Assembly (NCBI GenBank): GCA_040880465.1
Contig: JBBDIK010000012.1
Coordinates: forward strand, 2,353 to 66,352
Source: Actinomycetota bacterium
GTDB taxonomy: Bacteria; Actinomycetota; UBA4738; JBBDHU01
Length of the DNA: 64,000 bases
Reading direction: 5' to 3'
Below are positions 52,426 through 62,591 of this stretch, one piece after another. The translations under genes were made by a program, and so were the position numbers. The notes beneath the pieces are model-generated. The model did not search any database. It saw only the letters and a program-made list of their open reading frames with translations, and was not told the origin of the DNA. Position 1 is the first letter of the stretch; each line of letters begins with the position of its first letter.

Positions 52426-52548
52426 GGGGCCTCCCCGGCTTCACCCTGTCGGGCCTGAAGTCCCAGTATCGGCGAGCGCGGCCGTTCGGGCGAATCGAGC
52501 GCGGCATGGGCCTGCGACCGGCCCATCGCACGGACGAGGGCCCGATCC

Positions 52549-53598
52549 CTAGACATGGGCCCGGGTCGCCTTCCCGGTCTTCACGTCGCGGCGCCAGAGC
52601 AGGTAGGTCACGCCCCCGACGGGGATGGGGAACAGGTAGGTGCAGGCGCGGAACAGCAGCACGGCGGCGACCGTCTCGGCGTTCGGGGCGCCCGCGGCGA
52701 CGAGCAGGCCGATGTACGCGGCCTCAGCCGTCCCCACCGCCCCGGGTGTGATCGGGATCGCCGACGCGAGTCGCCCGAACGCGAACGCCGCGAACGTCTC
52801 CGCCCAATCCACCTCGGCCGAGGTCACCCCGACCCCGCGGAGCGCGACCAAGAGCACGATGTAGTACGCCAGGTTGTTCGCCACGGCCGTCAGGGTGAGG
52901 ATCTGCCATCGGTGCTTGACGAGGCCGATGGTGTGGGTGCGGAACGTGACGGCCTGGTCGCCGAGGGTCGTGATCGGCGGCTTGTGGATGAGCTTCAGGA
53001 CCCACGAGACGATCCGTCCCACCAGGTTCCCGATGCGGCGCGCGAGCGACTCCTTCCAGAGGACCAGGGCCATCAGGCCGAGCGCGACGACGAGTGCGGC
53101 GATCCCGATGAGCGCCGTGGTCATGATCCCGGACGAGTGATCGCCGGAGATCAGCAGGAACGCGACCGCCAGGACCGGGATGATGAACTTGCCGAACACG
53201 TTCCAGATACCCCCGACCCCGACCATCAACACGATCGAGTCGGTGCTGAAGCGGTACGAATGCAGGATCTCGTACGTGAGGCCCAGAGAGATCGGGCCTC
53301 CGGCGGGGACGGTGTTGGCGACGGCGTAGGAGCTCTGCGTGGAGTAGGCCGACTGGTGGAACCCGAGGCCCGGCAGGGCCGCCATGTTCATCCACCAGAA
53401 GGTCAGCATCGTGAGTATGGAGCCGACGGCGATGAAGGCGGTTTCGAGCGGCCCGAGCGCCCCCAGCGTTGCCCAGACCTTGTCGTAGTTCGCCACCTTG
53501 GGGAGCATGAACCCGAAGACCGCGACGACCACCGCGACCGTGATGACCGCGCCGATGATCGTGTTGCGGCGGGAGTGTTTCGATCGGGCAGTGCTCAA
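52549..53598 (-). CDS. lysylphosphatidylglycerol-synthase TM-region-like (UPF0104/flippase-like) membrane protein
   Basis: Multi-TM protein with IPITPGAVGTAEAA, typical of the family. The TTG start at 53598 is inferred so that the first TM helix is kept. The longer ORF overlaps the divergent K+ channel gene. Confidence 0.65.
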   Translation of the reverse strand: MSTARSKHSRRNTIIGAVITVAVVVAVFGFMLPKVANYDKVWATLGALGPLETAFIAVGSILTMLTFWWMNMAALPGLGFHQSAYSTQSSYAVANTVPAGGPISLGLTYEILHSYRFSTDSIVLMVGVGGIWNVFGKFIIPVLAVAFLLISGDHSSGIMTTALIGIAALVVALGLMALVLWKESLARRIGNLVGRIVSWVLKLIHKPPITTLGDQAVTFRTHTIGLVKHRWQILTLTAVANNLAYYIVLLVALRGVGVTSAEVDWAETFAAFAFGRLASAIPITPGAVGTAEAAYIGLLVAAGAPNAETVAAVLLFRACTYLFPIPVGGVTYLLWRRDVKTGKATRAHV

Positions 53599-53664
53599 GG
53601 TCTGGTCACGATAGCCGTCCGGCGCTCCTCGCGCATCCGGGGTTCGTGCTCTACGCTTGCCGCC

Positions 53665-54396
53665 ATGGCGGCGGAAGGGACCCAGGGGCGGAGGGAGACC
53701 ACCCCCGGCGCACACAAGCGACGCCTCCGGCTGCCGGAGACGGACGCCTACGGGCTCGTCTTCCTGATGATCATCGCCACGCTCTGGCTCACCGCGACGC
53801 GAGGTGACCAGTCCTGGGGCCGGGTCGCGGCCGTCGTGATCCAAGGCGCGACCCTACTCCTGATCCTGTGGACGTCGCAGGCGCGTTCGTGGGTCCGCCG
53901 CGCTTCCACCGCGCTCGTCGCCGTCGGGATCGCCGCCGCGGCGATCTCGGCCCTCGTCGGCGAGGGAGCCGTGGATCTCGAGGTGACGCACGTCGTGCCC
54001 CTGCTATTGGCGGTGCTGGCTCCGGCGGCGATCGTGTTGCGTATCGTCGAGCATCCGGTGGTGACGCTCAAGACCATCCTCGCTGCGCTCTGTCTGTATC
54101 TGCTCATCGGGTTCTTCTTCGCCACCCTGTTCGGGGCAGTCCAGAAAGTGGACCAGGGGGTCTTCTTCGCGCAGGAGCAGAATGCCGGCTCGAGCGACTT
54201 CATCTACTTCAGCTACGTCACGCTGGCGACGCTCGGCTATGGCGACCTCACACCGGTGACCGAGGCCGGACGCATGCTGGCCGTGTCCGAAGCCATCCTC
54301 GGGCAGCTCTACCTGGTCAGCGTGGTCGCGCTGCTGATCGGCAACCTGGGTCAGCCCGGCCGCAAGGCCCGGAAGAACGCGGCGAGCGATACCTAG
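53665..54396 (+). CDS. potassium channel protein (ion_trans_2-type pore)
   Basis: Selectivity filter TLGYGD flanked by TM helices. ATG at 53665. Confidence 0.85.
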   Translation: MAAEGTQGRRETTPGAHKRRLRLPETDAYGLVFLMIIATLWLTATRGDQSWGRVAAVVIQGATLLLILWTSQARSWVRRASTALVAVGIAAAAISALVGEGAVDLEVTHVVPLLLAVLAPAAIVLRIVEHPVVTLKTILAALCLYLLIGFFFATLFGAVQKVDQGVFFAQEQNAGSSDFIYFSYVTLATLGYGDLTPVTEAGRMLAVSEAILGQLYLVSVVALLIGNLGQPGRKARKNAASDT

Positions 54397-56141
54397 TCGG
54401 CGTCGGGTTCGATCCGGAAGGGTTCCTCGATGAGCTGGCACTCGATCTCGCGATCGACGGGCTCGAACCACGGATCGGTCGGCTCTCGATCCGCGACGTA
54501 GCGCCACTTCCGCGGCACCTTGCGCATCCCGATCGGGAACAGCGTCAGTCCGCCGTCTCGGTCGAACCGGAGCCGGATGAAGCTCCGATAGTCCTGGAGG
54601 TGTTGCGATGAGAACGAATGCGTCGCATGGCGTTTGAACAGCGCCTGCATCAGGAACAGGTAGATCGCGAAGAGCTGGGCGCCGAGGTACCCACCGATGA
54701 CCAGCACGATGGTGCCGAACGTGAGCGCGTACAGCGTCGGGTCCATCGCCGGGAGCGACCGGCCGATCAGCCAGACAGTGGTCACGATCAGGAGCAGGTG
54801 CAGGTCCCCATGGATGACGCCGATGATGATGCGCCTGGGCCAGGACTTCGCATCTGTGAAGATGACGATCCCCGCCCCGATGACGGCGATCGCGAAGAAG
54901 CTCACGGGACTGTTGAACAGGACCTGGATCAGGTCCTCCGGTCCGAGCAGCTGGAGCTTGGTGTGGAAGCGTTCGCCCTGGCCGGCCGCGATCCCGAATC
55001 GGATCAAGAGCGCGAAGAAGAGGTAGATGGCGCCGACGAAGAACACGAAGCTCGGATTCTTGAACGGGGCGAGCAGCGTCCCCCACCGGGCCCGCCTCGA
55101 CGCTGCTGCGTCGGGGTAGATCGCCTTCCGTTCGAATTCGGCGAGCCGTCCGCGATCGGCCCACCGGAAGGCTTCCGGGAGGTTGTGCGTCGGGTAGATG
55201 AACGCCGCTCCTGATCCGGACACGATGCGCTGCTGGCCACTTGCGCTGACGTACCGGTTGTAGTGGTGGATATCCCCGGCGAGCACGAGCGGCATCCGCA
55301 GCCCGTTCGCGGCGATGATCTCGCGCTCGAACTTATGCAGGTTCGAGTCCGAATCCGGGGCGTACAGCAGAGGGTCCGAATGCAGCGGTCCGAACAGCCA
55401 ATACGGACGGTGCAACGAGAGGATGACCTTGTCGCCGGGCTTCATCTGCTCCTTCGCCACCTTTCGGAAGAAGTCCATCTGCGGGATGTCGATGAAGTAG
55501 TCGAACGCGAAGTCCGGACACACCAGCCACCAGTCGTGGGGGAGCTTGGTGATGAAGTAGCTGCGGGTCTGCCGCGTCTGCCATGCCCCGATCCGCGCCT
55601 GGTCGGTGAACACCCGCAGGAAGCTGGTGAGGCCGTCGAGCCAGTCGTGGTTCCCGGCGACGGCGAGCATGAGTGGTCGTTCCTCGCCCTCAGCCACTTC
55701 CGGGAACGCGGTCCGGAAGGGTCCGTGGAACCGGTTGTTGAACTCGATGAGCGAGGCCGCGGGGTAGGCGATGTCGCCACCCAGGAGCAGCACGTCGCCG
55801 CGAGGCGTCAGGTGGGTGGTACCCGACCCGTCGGTGAGGTCGATGGAGGGCTCGGCCAGCGCGCGCGCAACCGCGTACGTCGGGTTGAAGCCGTCGCCGG
55901 TGTCCGCCATGAAGTCGAGCCAGAGCTCGTCCTTCGCAGACAGATCCAGGTCACTGGGTTCCTTGAGCGCGGCTTGCATCTCGCGCTTGTCGGCGTAGGC
56001 CCCGAAGATCCCCGAGACCCCGACCATCCCGCCGGTGATCATCAGACCGCGCGGCGAGAGCCAGCGCACCATCGGCTGCGGCTGGAACCCGAGGGTCCTG
56101 TAGTCGGGCTCGTCCTTGATGTCGAAGAAAGGTGCGCGCAT
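54393..56141 (-). CDS. metallophosphoesterase with a C-terminal multi-TM domain
   Basis: Calcineurin-like motifs (DTGDG, GGDIAYP, GNHDW), followed by four or more TM helices. Confidence 0.8.
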   Translation of the reverse strand: MRAPFFDIKDEPDYRTLGFQPQPMVRWLSPRGLMITGGMVGVSGIFGAYADKREMQAALKEPSDLDLSAKDELWLDFMADTGDGFNPTYAVARALAEPSIDLTDGSGTTHLTPRGDVLLLGGDIAYPAASLIEFNNRFHGPFRTAFPEVAEGEERPLMLAVAGNHDWLDGLTSFLRVFTDQARIGAWQTRQTRSYFITKLPHDWWLVCPDFAFDYFIDIPQMDFFRKVAKEQMKPGDKVILSLHRPYWLFGPLHSDPLLYAPDSDSNLHKFEREIIAANGLRMPLVLAGDIHHYNRYVSASGQQRIVSGSGAAFIYPTHNLPEAFRWADRGRLAEFERKAIYPDAAASRRARWGTLLAPFKNPSFVFFVGAIYLFFALLIRFGIAAGQGERFHTKLQLLGPEDLIQVLFNSPVSFFAIAVIGAGIVIFTDAKSWPRRIIIGVIHGDLHLLLIVTTVWLIGRSLPAMDPTLYALTFGTIVLVIGGYLGAQLFAIYLFLMQALFKRHATHSFSSQHLQDYRSFIRLRFDRDGGLTLFPIGMRKVPRKWRYVADREPTDPWFEPVDREIECQLIEEPFRIEPDAD

Positions 56142-56180
56142 GGCCGTGCGAGCCTACCCCGGTGGGAGCGGCCCCGCACT

Positions 56181-56963
56181 ATGCTCGTCGCCGTGACGAC
56201 GACCCACGAGCATCTTGACCATCAGGTGCGGCTGCGGATACCCCCGCTCCTGCGGCACGCCTTCCAGATCTACCGTCGCCGGTTCTGGCGTGTCGCCCTC
56301 AGCGCGATCGTGGTCTTCGTTCCCATCACGGTCATCGAGGTGGCGGCGGAGCCGATCCTGGAAGACCCATTCGAGCACGGATTCGGGGTTGTCACTGCGC
56401 TCGTGCTGGCGCTCATCACCGGCTTCCTCGCGTCCTTCGGCGAGATCTTCTACGCAGGCCTGCTGGACGAGGTCGTCGGTTCGGATCTTCAGGGCAAGCC
56501 TCTGCCCTCGACGGCAACGGTCATGCGCGACCTTCCCTGGGTGCGGCTCCTCCTGGCCGATCTGGTGTTCGTCGCGGTCGTCGGGGTCGGCTTCGTGCTG
56601 GCCGTCATCCCGGGTATCGTCGCGTTCGTCCTCTTCGGCCTGGTCGGCGCGGTCATCAATATCGAACGGAGGGGCGTCTTCGCGTCCTTCCGCCGGACCG
56701 CCTCGCTCGTCGCGAGGCGCTTCATCCTCGTCGGCGTCCTCATCCTCGTCCCGACGGCGGTCGAGTCGGTGGTGGACGACTGGTTCATCCGTTTCGAACA
56801 CGATGCCTCCTGGGTGGCCGTCATCGGCGTATCGGCTCTCATCGCTGTCGCAGTCGGGAGCGTGGTCGGGCTGATCGAGGTCACGCTTGCGCACGTGCTC
56901 ATCGCCCGGGATCGTGCGCGGAAGGCCGGAGAAGCTGCCGCGCAGGGCACCTCGTCGGGCTAG
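56181..56963 (+). CDS. hypothetical integral membrane protein
   Basis: ATG at 56181 with five or more hydrophobic helices. The upstream 306 codons of the ORF-track frame are antisense to the phosphoesterase gene. Confidence 0.6.
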   Translation: MLVAVTTTHEHLDHQVRLRIPPLLRHAFQIYRRRFWRVALSAIVVFVPITVIEVAAEPILEDPFEHGFGVVTALVLALITGFLASFGEIFYAGLLDEVVGSDLQGKPLPSTATVMRDLPWVRLLLADLVFVAVVGVGFVLAVIPGIVAFVLFGLVGAVINIERRGVFASFRRTASLVARRFILVGVLILVPTAVESVVDDWFIRFEHDASWVAVIGVSALIAVAVGSVVGLIEVTLAHVLIARDRARKAGEAAAQGTSSG

Positions 56964-56972
56964 GCTTGCCGG

Positions 56973-58211
56973 ATGAGCGACGACCCGGCCGGCCGCCAGA
57001 GCGTCACCCCGACCGACGCGGGGCTGGGGCAGCCCGAGGATTCGCTCACGGCCGGCATGCCGCCGTGGATCCCCCGGTTGATCCTGCTGATCATCCTCTC
57101 GGGATTCCTGGCGATCGGGGTGGCCTGGCTCGCGCTTCGGCTGCACACGCTGTTCGGCTGGCTCCTCATCTCCCTGTTCCTGTCCTTCGCGCTGGAGCCG
57201 GCAGTCAACTTCCTGGCGCGCCGCGGCTGGCGGCGCGGCCTGGCGACCGGGTTCGTGATGCTGGTCGTGTTCGTGGCGATCGTCGGGCTGTTCGTGCTGG
57301 TCATGCCGGTCTTCGTCAAGGAGCTGACGTCGTTCATCCAGAACCTGCCGCAGACGCTGGAGAAGATCAGCTCGTTCACGCAGAAGTGCTGCAAGCTGGA
57401 CCTGACCGACCCGAACGTCCTGGACAAGATCTCGGGCCTGGGCTCGGCCGTAAAGGAGGTCGCGAGCAACGCGCTGGCCATCGGGGCCTACATCGTCGGG
57501 CTCCTCCTCTCGTTCCTGTCGATCGCGACGTTCACGTTCTTCTTCCTGGCGTACGCGCCTCGGGTACGCCGCGCGGTGTGCTCGCTGTTCCCTCCGCGGC
57601 GCCAGGAGATCGTGTTGCATACGTGGGAGGTGGCGATCGACAAGACCGGGGGTTACTTCTACTCGCGGGTCCTGCTCGCGATCGTGTACAGCACCGTCAG
57701 CTTTTTCGTGTTCTCGTTCCTCGGGGTGCCGTTCGCGCTGGTTCTCGCCATCTTCCTCGGCGTCGTCGCTGAGTTGATCCCGACCATCGGGCCGTGGATC
57801 GGCGGCATCCTTCCTGCGGCCGTCGCCCTCGCGGACGATCCGAAGAAAGGGCTGTACGTCATCATCTACCTGTTCGTGTATCAGATGATCGAGAACTTCA
57901 CGCTGGTCCCGAAGATCTCGGCGCGAACGATGAAGATGAACCCGGCGATGGCGTTCGGCGCGATGATCGCCGGCGCGTCAGTCGCCGGCATCATGGGGAT
58001 GATCCTGGCGCTTCCCGTCGCCGGCATCATCCAGACCTCGTTCAACGAGTATCTGGACCGGACCAAACGCCGGTACGAGGTCATCGAGGACGACATGACC
58101 CAGGAGCCGGCCCCGGATGACGACGACGAAGACGGGCCCGACAAGCCGTCGATGCGGGAACGGCTGAAGGAGAAGGTCGCGCGCCATCCCAACGGCGGGG
58201 CGCCCGACTAG
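56973..58211 (+). CDS. AI-2E family transporter (PerM/UPF0118)
   Basis: Multi-TM protein with a family-typical C-terminal block (IPTIGPWIGGILPA...LVPKI...M..NP). Confidence 0.85.
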   Translation: MSDDPAGRQSVTPTDAGLGQPEDSLTAGMPPWIPRLILLIILSGFLAIGVAWLALRLHTLFGWLLISLFLSFALEPAVNFLARRGWRRGLATGFVMLVVFVAIVGLFVLVMPVFVKELTSFIQNLPQTLEKISSFTQKCCKLDLTDPNVLDKISGLGSAVKEVASNALAIGAYIVGLLLSFLSIATFTFFFLAYAPRVRRAVCSLFPPRRQEIVLHTWEVAIDKTGGYFYSRVLLAIVYSTVSFFVFSFLGVPFALVLAIFLGVVAELIPTIGPWIGGILPAAVALADDPKKGLYVIIYLFVYQMIENFTLVPKISARTMKMNPAMAFGAMIAGASVAGIMGMILALPVAGIIQTSFNEYLDRTKRRYEVIEDDMTQEPAPDDDDEDGPDKPSMRERLKEKVARHPNGGAPD

Positions 58212-58244
58212 CGGCGCAGGCTCCGCCCCCGGTACCGTGTGCTC

Positions 58245-59951
58245 ATGACCAGCCATCGGCCGTGGTTCGCCAGCTACCCCGAGGGGGTCCCGCACACCCT
58301 CGAGCCGTACCCGGAGCGTTCGCTCTTCTCGCTGCTCGAGGAGGCGGTCGGGTCGATGCCCGATCGGACCGCGATCGCGTTCTTCGGGAAGCACACGTCG
58401 TACGGGCAGCTGCTTGCCGAGGCCGAGCGGTTCTCGGCGGTGCTTGCATCGCTCGGCGTGCAGCGTGGCGACCGGGTCGCGTTCGTCATGCCGAACTGCC
58501 CGCAGCTCGCGGCCGCGTTCTTCGGTGCTCAGCGGCTGGGGGCGATCGCCGTGCCGAACAATCCCCTGTACACGCCGCGGGAGCTGTCGCACCAGCTCAC
58601 GGACTGCGGCGCGCGCGTCGTGCTGGTCCTGGATCAGCTCTATCCGCTGCTGGAGAAGGCTCGCGAGGGGACCGAGGTCGAGCATGTCATCGTCACCAAG
58701 GTCACCGACGCGATGAAGTTCCCACTGAACCTGCTCGCGCCACTGAAGTTCAAGAAGGAGGCGAAGGCCGAGGGCAAACCGTGGCCGCCGGTCCCTGCCG
58801 ATGCCGACGTGTTGTGGTGGCGGGACGTGATGCGCGGCGGCGATCCCTTGCCGCCGGCGGGCCAGGTCAGCCCTCGGGAGGATGCGGCCGCGCTCGTGTA
58901 CACGGGTGGGACGACCGGTGTGTCCAAGGGCGCGATGCTCTCGCACTTCAACATCGTCTCGAACGCCATGCAGGCGAAGGCCTGGATCACGACGGTGGGG
59001 GAGGGGACCGACGTCGTGATGCTGGCGCTGCCGCTGTTCCACTCCTACGGGCTCATGTGCTTCATGTTCGCGGTCATCACGAAGAACACCACGGTCATGG
59101 TCCCGCGGTTCGAGCTGGGGATGGTCCTCAAGCAGCTCGCGAAGGAGAAGGTGACGCTGTTCCCCGGTGTGCCGCGGATGTACCTGGTGATGAACGAGGC
59201 GCCCGAGACGCGCAAGTTCGACCTGCGCTCGGTCAAGATCTGCGTGTCGGGAGCCGCACCGCTACCGCTGGCCGTCGCGCGGAGATTCGAGGAGGTGACG
59301 GGCGGCGCGCAGGCGGTCGAGGGGTACGGGCTGACGGAGACCTCACCCGTGACGCACGTGAACCCGATCGAGGGCGTTCGCAAGGAGGGTTCGATCGGGC
59401 TGCCGCTGCCCGACACCGACTGCAAGATCGTGGACCTGGAGGACCCAGAACACGAGATGGGCGCCGGCGAGCCGGGCGAGCTGTGCATGCGCGGGCCGCA
59501 GGTGATGCTGGGCTACTGGAACCGGCCCGAGGAGACCGCGGCCATGATCCGCAACGGCTGGCTGCACTCGGGCGATGTCGCGCAGTTCGACGAGCAGGGG
59601 TACTTCTCGATCGTGGACCGGCTGAAGGACATGGTCATCGTGTCGGGGTTCAACGTGTACCCGACGGCGGTGGAGGAGGCGCTGTACCGGCACCCGAAGA
59701 TCCTGAAGGCGGCCGTGATCGGCGTGCCGGATGACGTGACCGGCGAGGCGCTGAAGGCGTTCGTGGTGCTGCGGCCGGGCGAGACTGCGACGGCTCAGGA
59801 GATCGTGGCGTGGTGCCGCGATCCGGAGGGCGGGGGCCTAACTGCGTACCGGGTTCCCAAGCAGATCGAGTTCCGGGATTCGCTACCGGAGACGCTCATC
59901 GGCAAGGTCCTGCGCCGCGTCCTCCAGGAGGAAGAACGCGCAAAGCGCTGA
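58245..59951 (+). CDS. long-chain-fatty-acid--CoA ligase (AMP-dependent synthetase)
   Basis: AMP-binding motif YTGGTTGVSKG, plus GYGLTE, SGD and GKV.RR. An alternative GTG lies at 58239. Confidence 0.9.
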   Translation: MTSHRPWFASYPEGVPHTLEPYPERSLFSLLEEAVGSMPDRTAIAFFGKHTSYGQLLAEAERFSAVLASLGVQRGDRVAFVMPNCPQLAAAFFGAQRLGAIAVPNNPLYTPRELSHQLTDCGARVVLVLDQLYPLLEKAREGTEVEHVIVTKVTDAMKFPLNLLAPLKFKKEAKAEGKPWPPVPADADVLWWRDVMRGGDPLPPAGQVSPREDAAALVYTGGTTGVSKGAMLSHFNIVSNAMQAKAWITTVGEGTDVVMLALPLFHSYGLMCFMFAVITKNTTVMVPRFELGMVLKQLAKEKVTLFPGVPRMYLVMNEAPETRKFDLRSVKICVSGAAPLPLAVARRFEEVTGGAQAVEGYGLTETSPVTHVNPIEGVRKEGSIGLPLPDTDCKIVDLEDPEHEMGAGEPGELCMRGPQVMLGYWNRPEETAAMIRNGWLHSGDVAQFDEQGYFSIVDRLKDMVIVSGFNVYPTAVEEALYRHPKILKAAVIGVPDDVTGEALKAFVVLRPGETATAQEIVAWCRDPEGGGLTAYRVPKQIEFRDSLPETLIGKVLRRVLQEEERAKR

Positions 59952-59982
59952 GGAGGTCCTTCGGAGGGGCCGTCGGGATTCC

Positions 59983-60585
59983 CTATGTGCTGACCGAGGT
60001 TGATCTGAGGGCCTGCTCGCACAGGTCGCGCGATCGTTGTCGGCGGGATATCTCGTAGAGACACGCGATCGAGTACTGCTGGTTCCCGTTCACGACGAAG
60101 AGCACTGTGCCCTCCATCCGGTGACCCGACGCCGTGAGTGTTCCTTCGGCCCTCCATGCCGGGTTCCCATCGATATCACTTCGCTCGAAGCTGAGCACAT
60201 CCCCTCCTTGACTCTCTATGAGCTGGTGGAAGAGCTGCTCGAAGTCTCGACCGATCTGCTCCACCGATGTCGGATCGTCAACTGATCGCAGGAGCCGGAA
60301 CGCCGCGATGTCCAGGGCGTTGAAGGAGTCGACACCGATATTCTCGCGGAAGACGGGGTGGGTATCGCCCTCCCCTCCCGCGGGAGGGACAGGTTTCCAA
60401 CCCGCTGGGGCGCGAAGCGAGATGCCCCAGCATTCGAAATTGGGAAGGGCATCGGTCCGGCACGTGATGCGCTCATGTGGGCTCGCGGTGTTCTCCGTCG
60501 ACGAGGGCCACACCGTGAAGGAGCAGCCGGAGAGGATCAAGCCAGCGACGATAGCGGTCGTTGCGGCCGAGCGTCCGCTCCACAT
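59983..60585 (-). CDS. lipoprotein, function unknown
   Basis: Signal peptide with lipobox AIVAGLILSGC. Confidence 0.65.
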   Translation of the reverse strand: MWSGRSAATTAIVAGLILSGCSFTVWPSSTENTASPHERITCRTDALPNFECWGISLRAPAGWKPVPPAGGEGDTHPVFRENIGVDSFNALDIAAFRLLRSVDDPTSVEQIGRDFEQLFHQLIESQGGDVLSFERSDIDGNPAWRAEGTLTASGHRMEGTVLFVVNGNQQYSIACLYEISRRQRSRDLCEQALRSTSVST

Positions 60586-60975
60586 CTACTGGCGGCTCTC
60601 GCGCATCAGGCCGTGGATCGCGAACGCGGCCAATGCGAGTCCGGGGGGCACCAGGATGAGTCCGTAGATCAGTCCCGCACCTGCCAGCAGCAGTCCGAGG
60701 ACGAAGAAGATGGGCCACACGGTGACGGCCGGGAAGGACCCCACGCTCGTACCGGCGTCGGTCGAAGGATCGGCGTTCGGGTCGTCTTCGGGCGCGACCG
60801 GTGCGTTCCGCGAAGCGCCGTGGCGCAGCGCCCACAGCCCCACGATCAGCGGCATCAACCCGAACGCCCAAAGCAGTACCGCCCCGGTGACCTCGTGGGC
60901 GATGAACCAGTAGAGCGTTCCTACGCCGAGGCCGAACGCCGTCAGCACCCACAGGTAGCGCACGAACGGCTTCAT
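60586..60975 (-). CDS. ctaF: cytochrome c oxidase subunit IV, actinobacterial type
   Basis: ~130 aa with four TM segments, lying directly after ctaD with an ATGA overlap, as in the actinobacterial CtaF family. Confidence 0.75.
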   Translation of the reverse strand: MKPFVRYLWVLTAFGLGVGTLYWFIAHEVTGAVLLWAFGLMPLIVGLWALRHGASRNAPVAPEDDPNADPSTDAGTSVGSFPAVTVWPIFFVLGLLLAGAGLIYGLILVPPGLALAAFAIHGLMRESRQ

Positions 60976-62591
60976 CCGTCGGCCCCCTCGTGGTGCAGGT
61001 CGAACGCCGGCCGCTCCGAGCGGATCGGCGGGATCGCGTCGAAGTTGTGCTCGGGAGGGGGCGACGTGGTCGCCCACTCGAGCGAGTACCCGTCCCACGG
61101 ATCATCGCCCGCCTCCACCGGCTTGCGTTTCGAAACCCACAGGTCCGCGAGGAAGAACAGGACACCGACAGCCATCACGACATACCCGAGCGAGGAGAGC
61201 AGGTTCGGCGTCTCGTAGCCGGCGTTCGCGGGGTAGTCGACGACCCGGCGCGGCATCCCGCGAAGACCGGCCTCGAACTGCGGCCAGAACGTCACGTTGA
61301 ACCCGATGAACATCAGCGCGAACACGGCCTTGCCCATCCGTTCGCGCAGCATCCGGCCGGTCATCTTCGGGTACCAGAAGTAGATCGCGGCGAAGATGCC
61401 GAACACCGCTCCGCCCATCATCGTGTAGTGGAAGTGCGCGACCAGGAAGTAGGAGTCCGCCGCGTGGAAGTCGATGGCCGGGGCCGCCAGCATCACGCCG
61501 GTCACCCCGCCGATCAGGAAGTTCAGCAGGAACCCGATCGAGAACAGCATCGCCGTCGGGAAGACGATCTTGCCGCCCCACATCGAGCCGGTCCAGTTGA
61601 AGAACTTCACGCCGGTCGGCACGGCGATCAGCAATGTCATCGCGGCGAAGAACGGGTTATCCACCGCGCCGGTCGTGAACATGTGGTGCGCCCACACGCC
61701 GGTCGACAGCGCCCCTATCGCCAGGGTCGCCAGCACGAACCCCGTGTAGCCGAACAATGGCTTGCGCGAGAAGACCGGGATGATCTCGGTGATCACGCCG
61801 AAGAACGGCAGGATCAGGATGTACACCTCGGGATGGCCGAGGAACCAGAAGAGGTGCTGGAAGATGACCGGATCCCCGCCTGCCGCGGGCGCGAACGCGA
61901 GCCCTCCCATCCGTCGTTCCAGGAACAGGAGTGCGAACCCCGCCAGCGCCGGCGGGAACGCGACCAGACCGAGGATCGAGACGATGACCATGTTCCACGT
62001 GAAGATCGGCAGGCGCCACATGGTCATCCCCGGCGCCCGGTACAGGAACACGGTCGTGACGATGTTGACCGCGGTCATGACCGCGGCGACCGCGACGAGC
62101 CCGAGGCCCAGGATCCAGATGTCCGGTCCGACGCCCGGCGACATGCGCCCGGCTGACAGCGGCGGGTATGCGTACCAGCCCATCTGCGCGCCGCCACCTG
62201 CCGACGCAACACCGCTCAGCAGGATCAGGCAGCCGCCGCTGGTGAACAGCCAGTAGGACATCAGGTTCAGCCGCGGGAACGCCATGTCCGGGGCGCCGAT
62301 CTGCAGCGGGATGAGGTAGTTGGCGAGGCCGCTCCCGAACGGGGCGACGAACAGGAAGATCATCACCGTGCCGTGGATGGTGAAGAGTCCGTTGTAGGTG
62401 CCCGGCTCGAAGAACGCGCGGCCGGGGTCGGCGAGTTCGAGCCGCATCATGCCCGCCAGCGTCCCGCCGACGAGGAAGAAGGCGAACGCGGTGACGCAGT
62501 AGAGGACGCCGATCTTCTTGTGGTCGGTCGAGGTGAGCCACGAGACGACGCCCGAGTGCTCGCGTCGCGCGGCTGCTGCTGCGGTGCTCAT
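60972..62591 (-). CDS. ctaD: cytochrome c oxidase subunit I
   Basis: DHKKIG, GAPDMAFPRLN, WAHHMFTTG and HFHY motifs. The ATG at 62591 overlaps the ctaC stop. Confidence 0.95.
   Translation of the reverse strand: MSTAAAAARREHSGVVSWLTSTDHKKIGVLYCVTAFAFFLVGGTLAGMMRLELADPGRAFFEPGTYNGLFTIHGTVMIFLFVAPFGSGLANYLIPLQIGAPDMAFPRLNLMSYWLFTSGGCLILLSGVASAGGGAQMGWYAYPPLSAGRMSPGVGPDIWILGLGLVAVAAVMTAVNIVTTVFLYRAPGMTMWRLPIFTWNMVIVSILGLVAFPPALAGFALLFLERRMGGLAFAPAAGGDPVIFQHLFWFLGHPEVYILILPFFGVITEIIPVFSRKPLFGYTGFVLATLAIGALSTGVWAHHMFTTGAVDNPFFAAMTLLIAVPTGVKFFNWTGSMWGGKIVFPTAMLFSIGFLLNFLIGGVTGVMLAAPAIDFHAADSYFLVAHFHYTMMGGAVFGIFAAIYFWYPKMTGRMLRERMGKAVFALMFIGFNVTFWPQFEAGLRGMPRRVVDYPANAGYETPNLLSSLGYVVMAVGVLFFLADLWVSKRKPVEAGDDPWDGYSLEWATTSPPPEHNFDAIPPIRSERPAFDLHHEGADG

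Noticed and set aside
52555-53664. 370-codon N-terminal extension of the K+ channel ORF (52555..54396).
   Set aside because: It is antisense to the multi-TM UPF0104-like gene and has an Arg/Asp/Gly-rich sequence. The channel's first TM helix follows the ATG at 53665.
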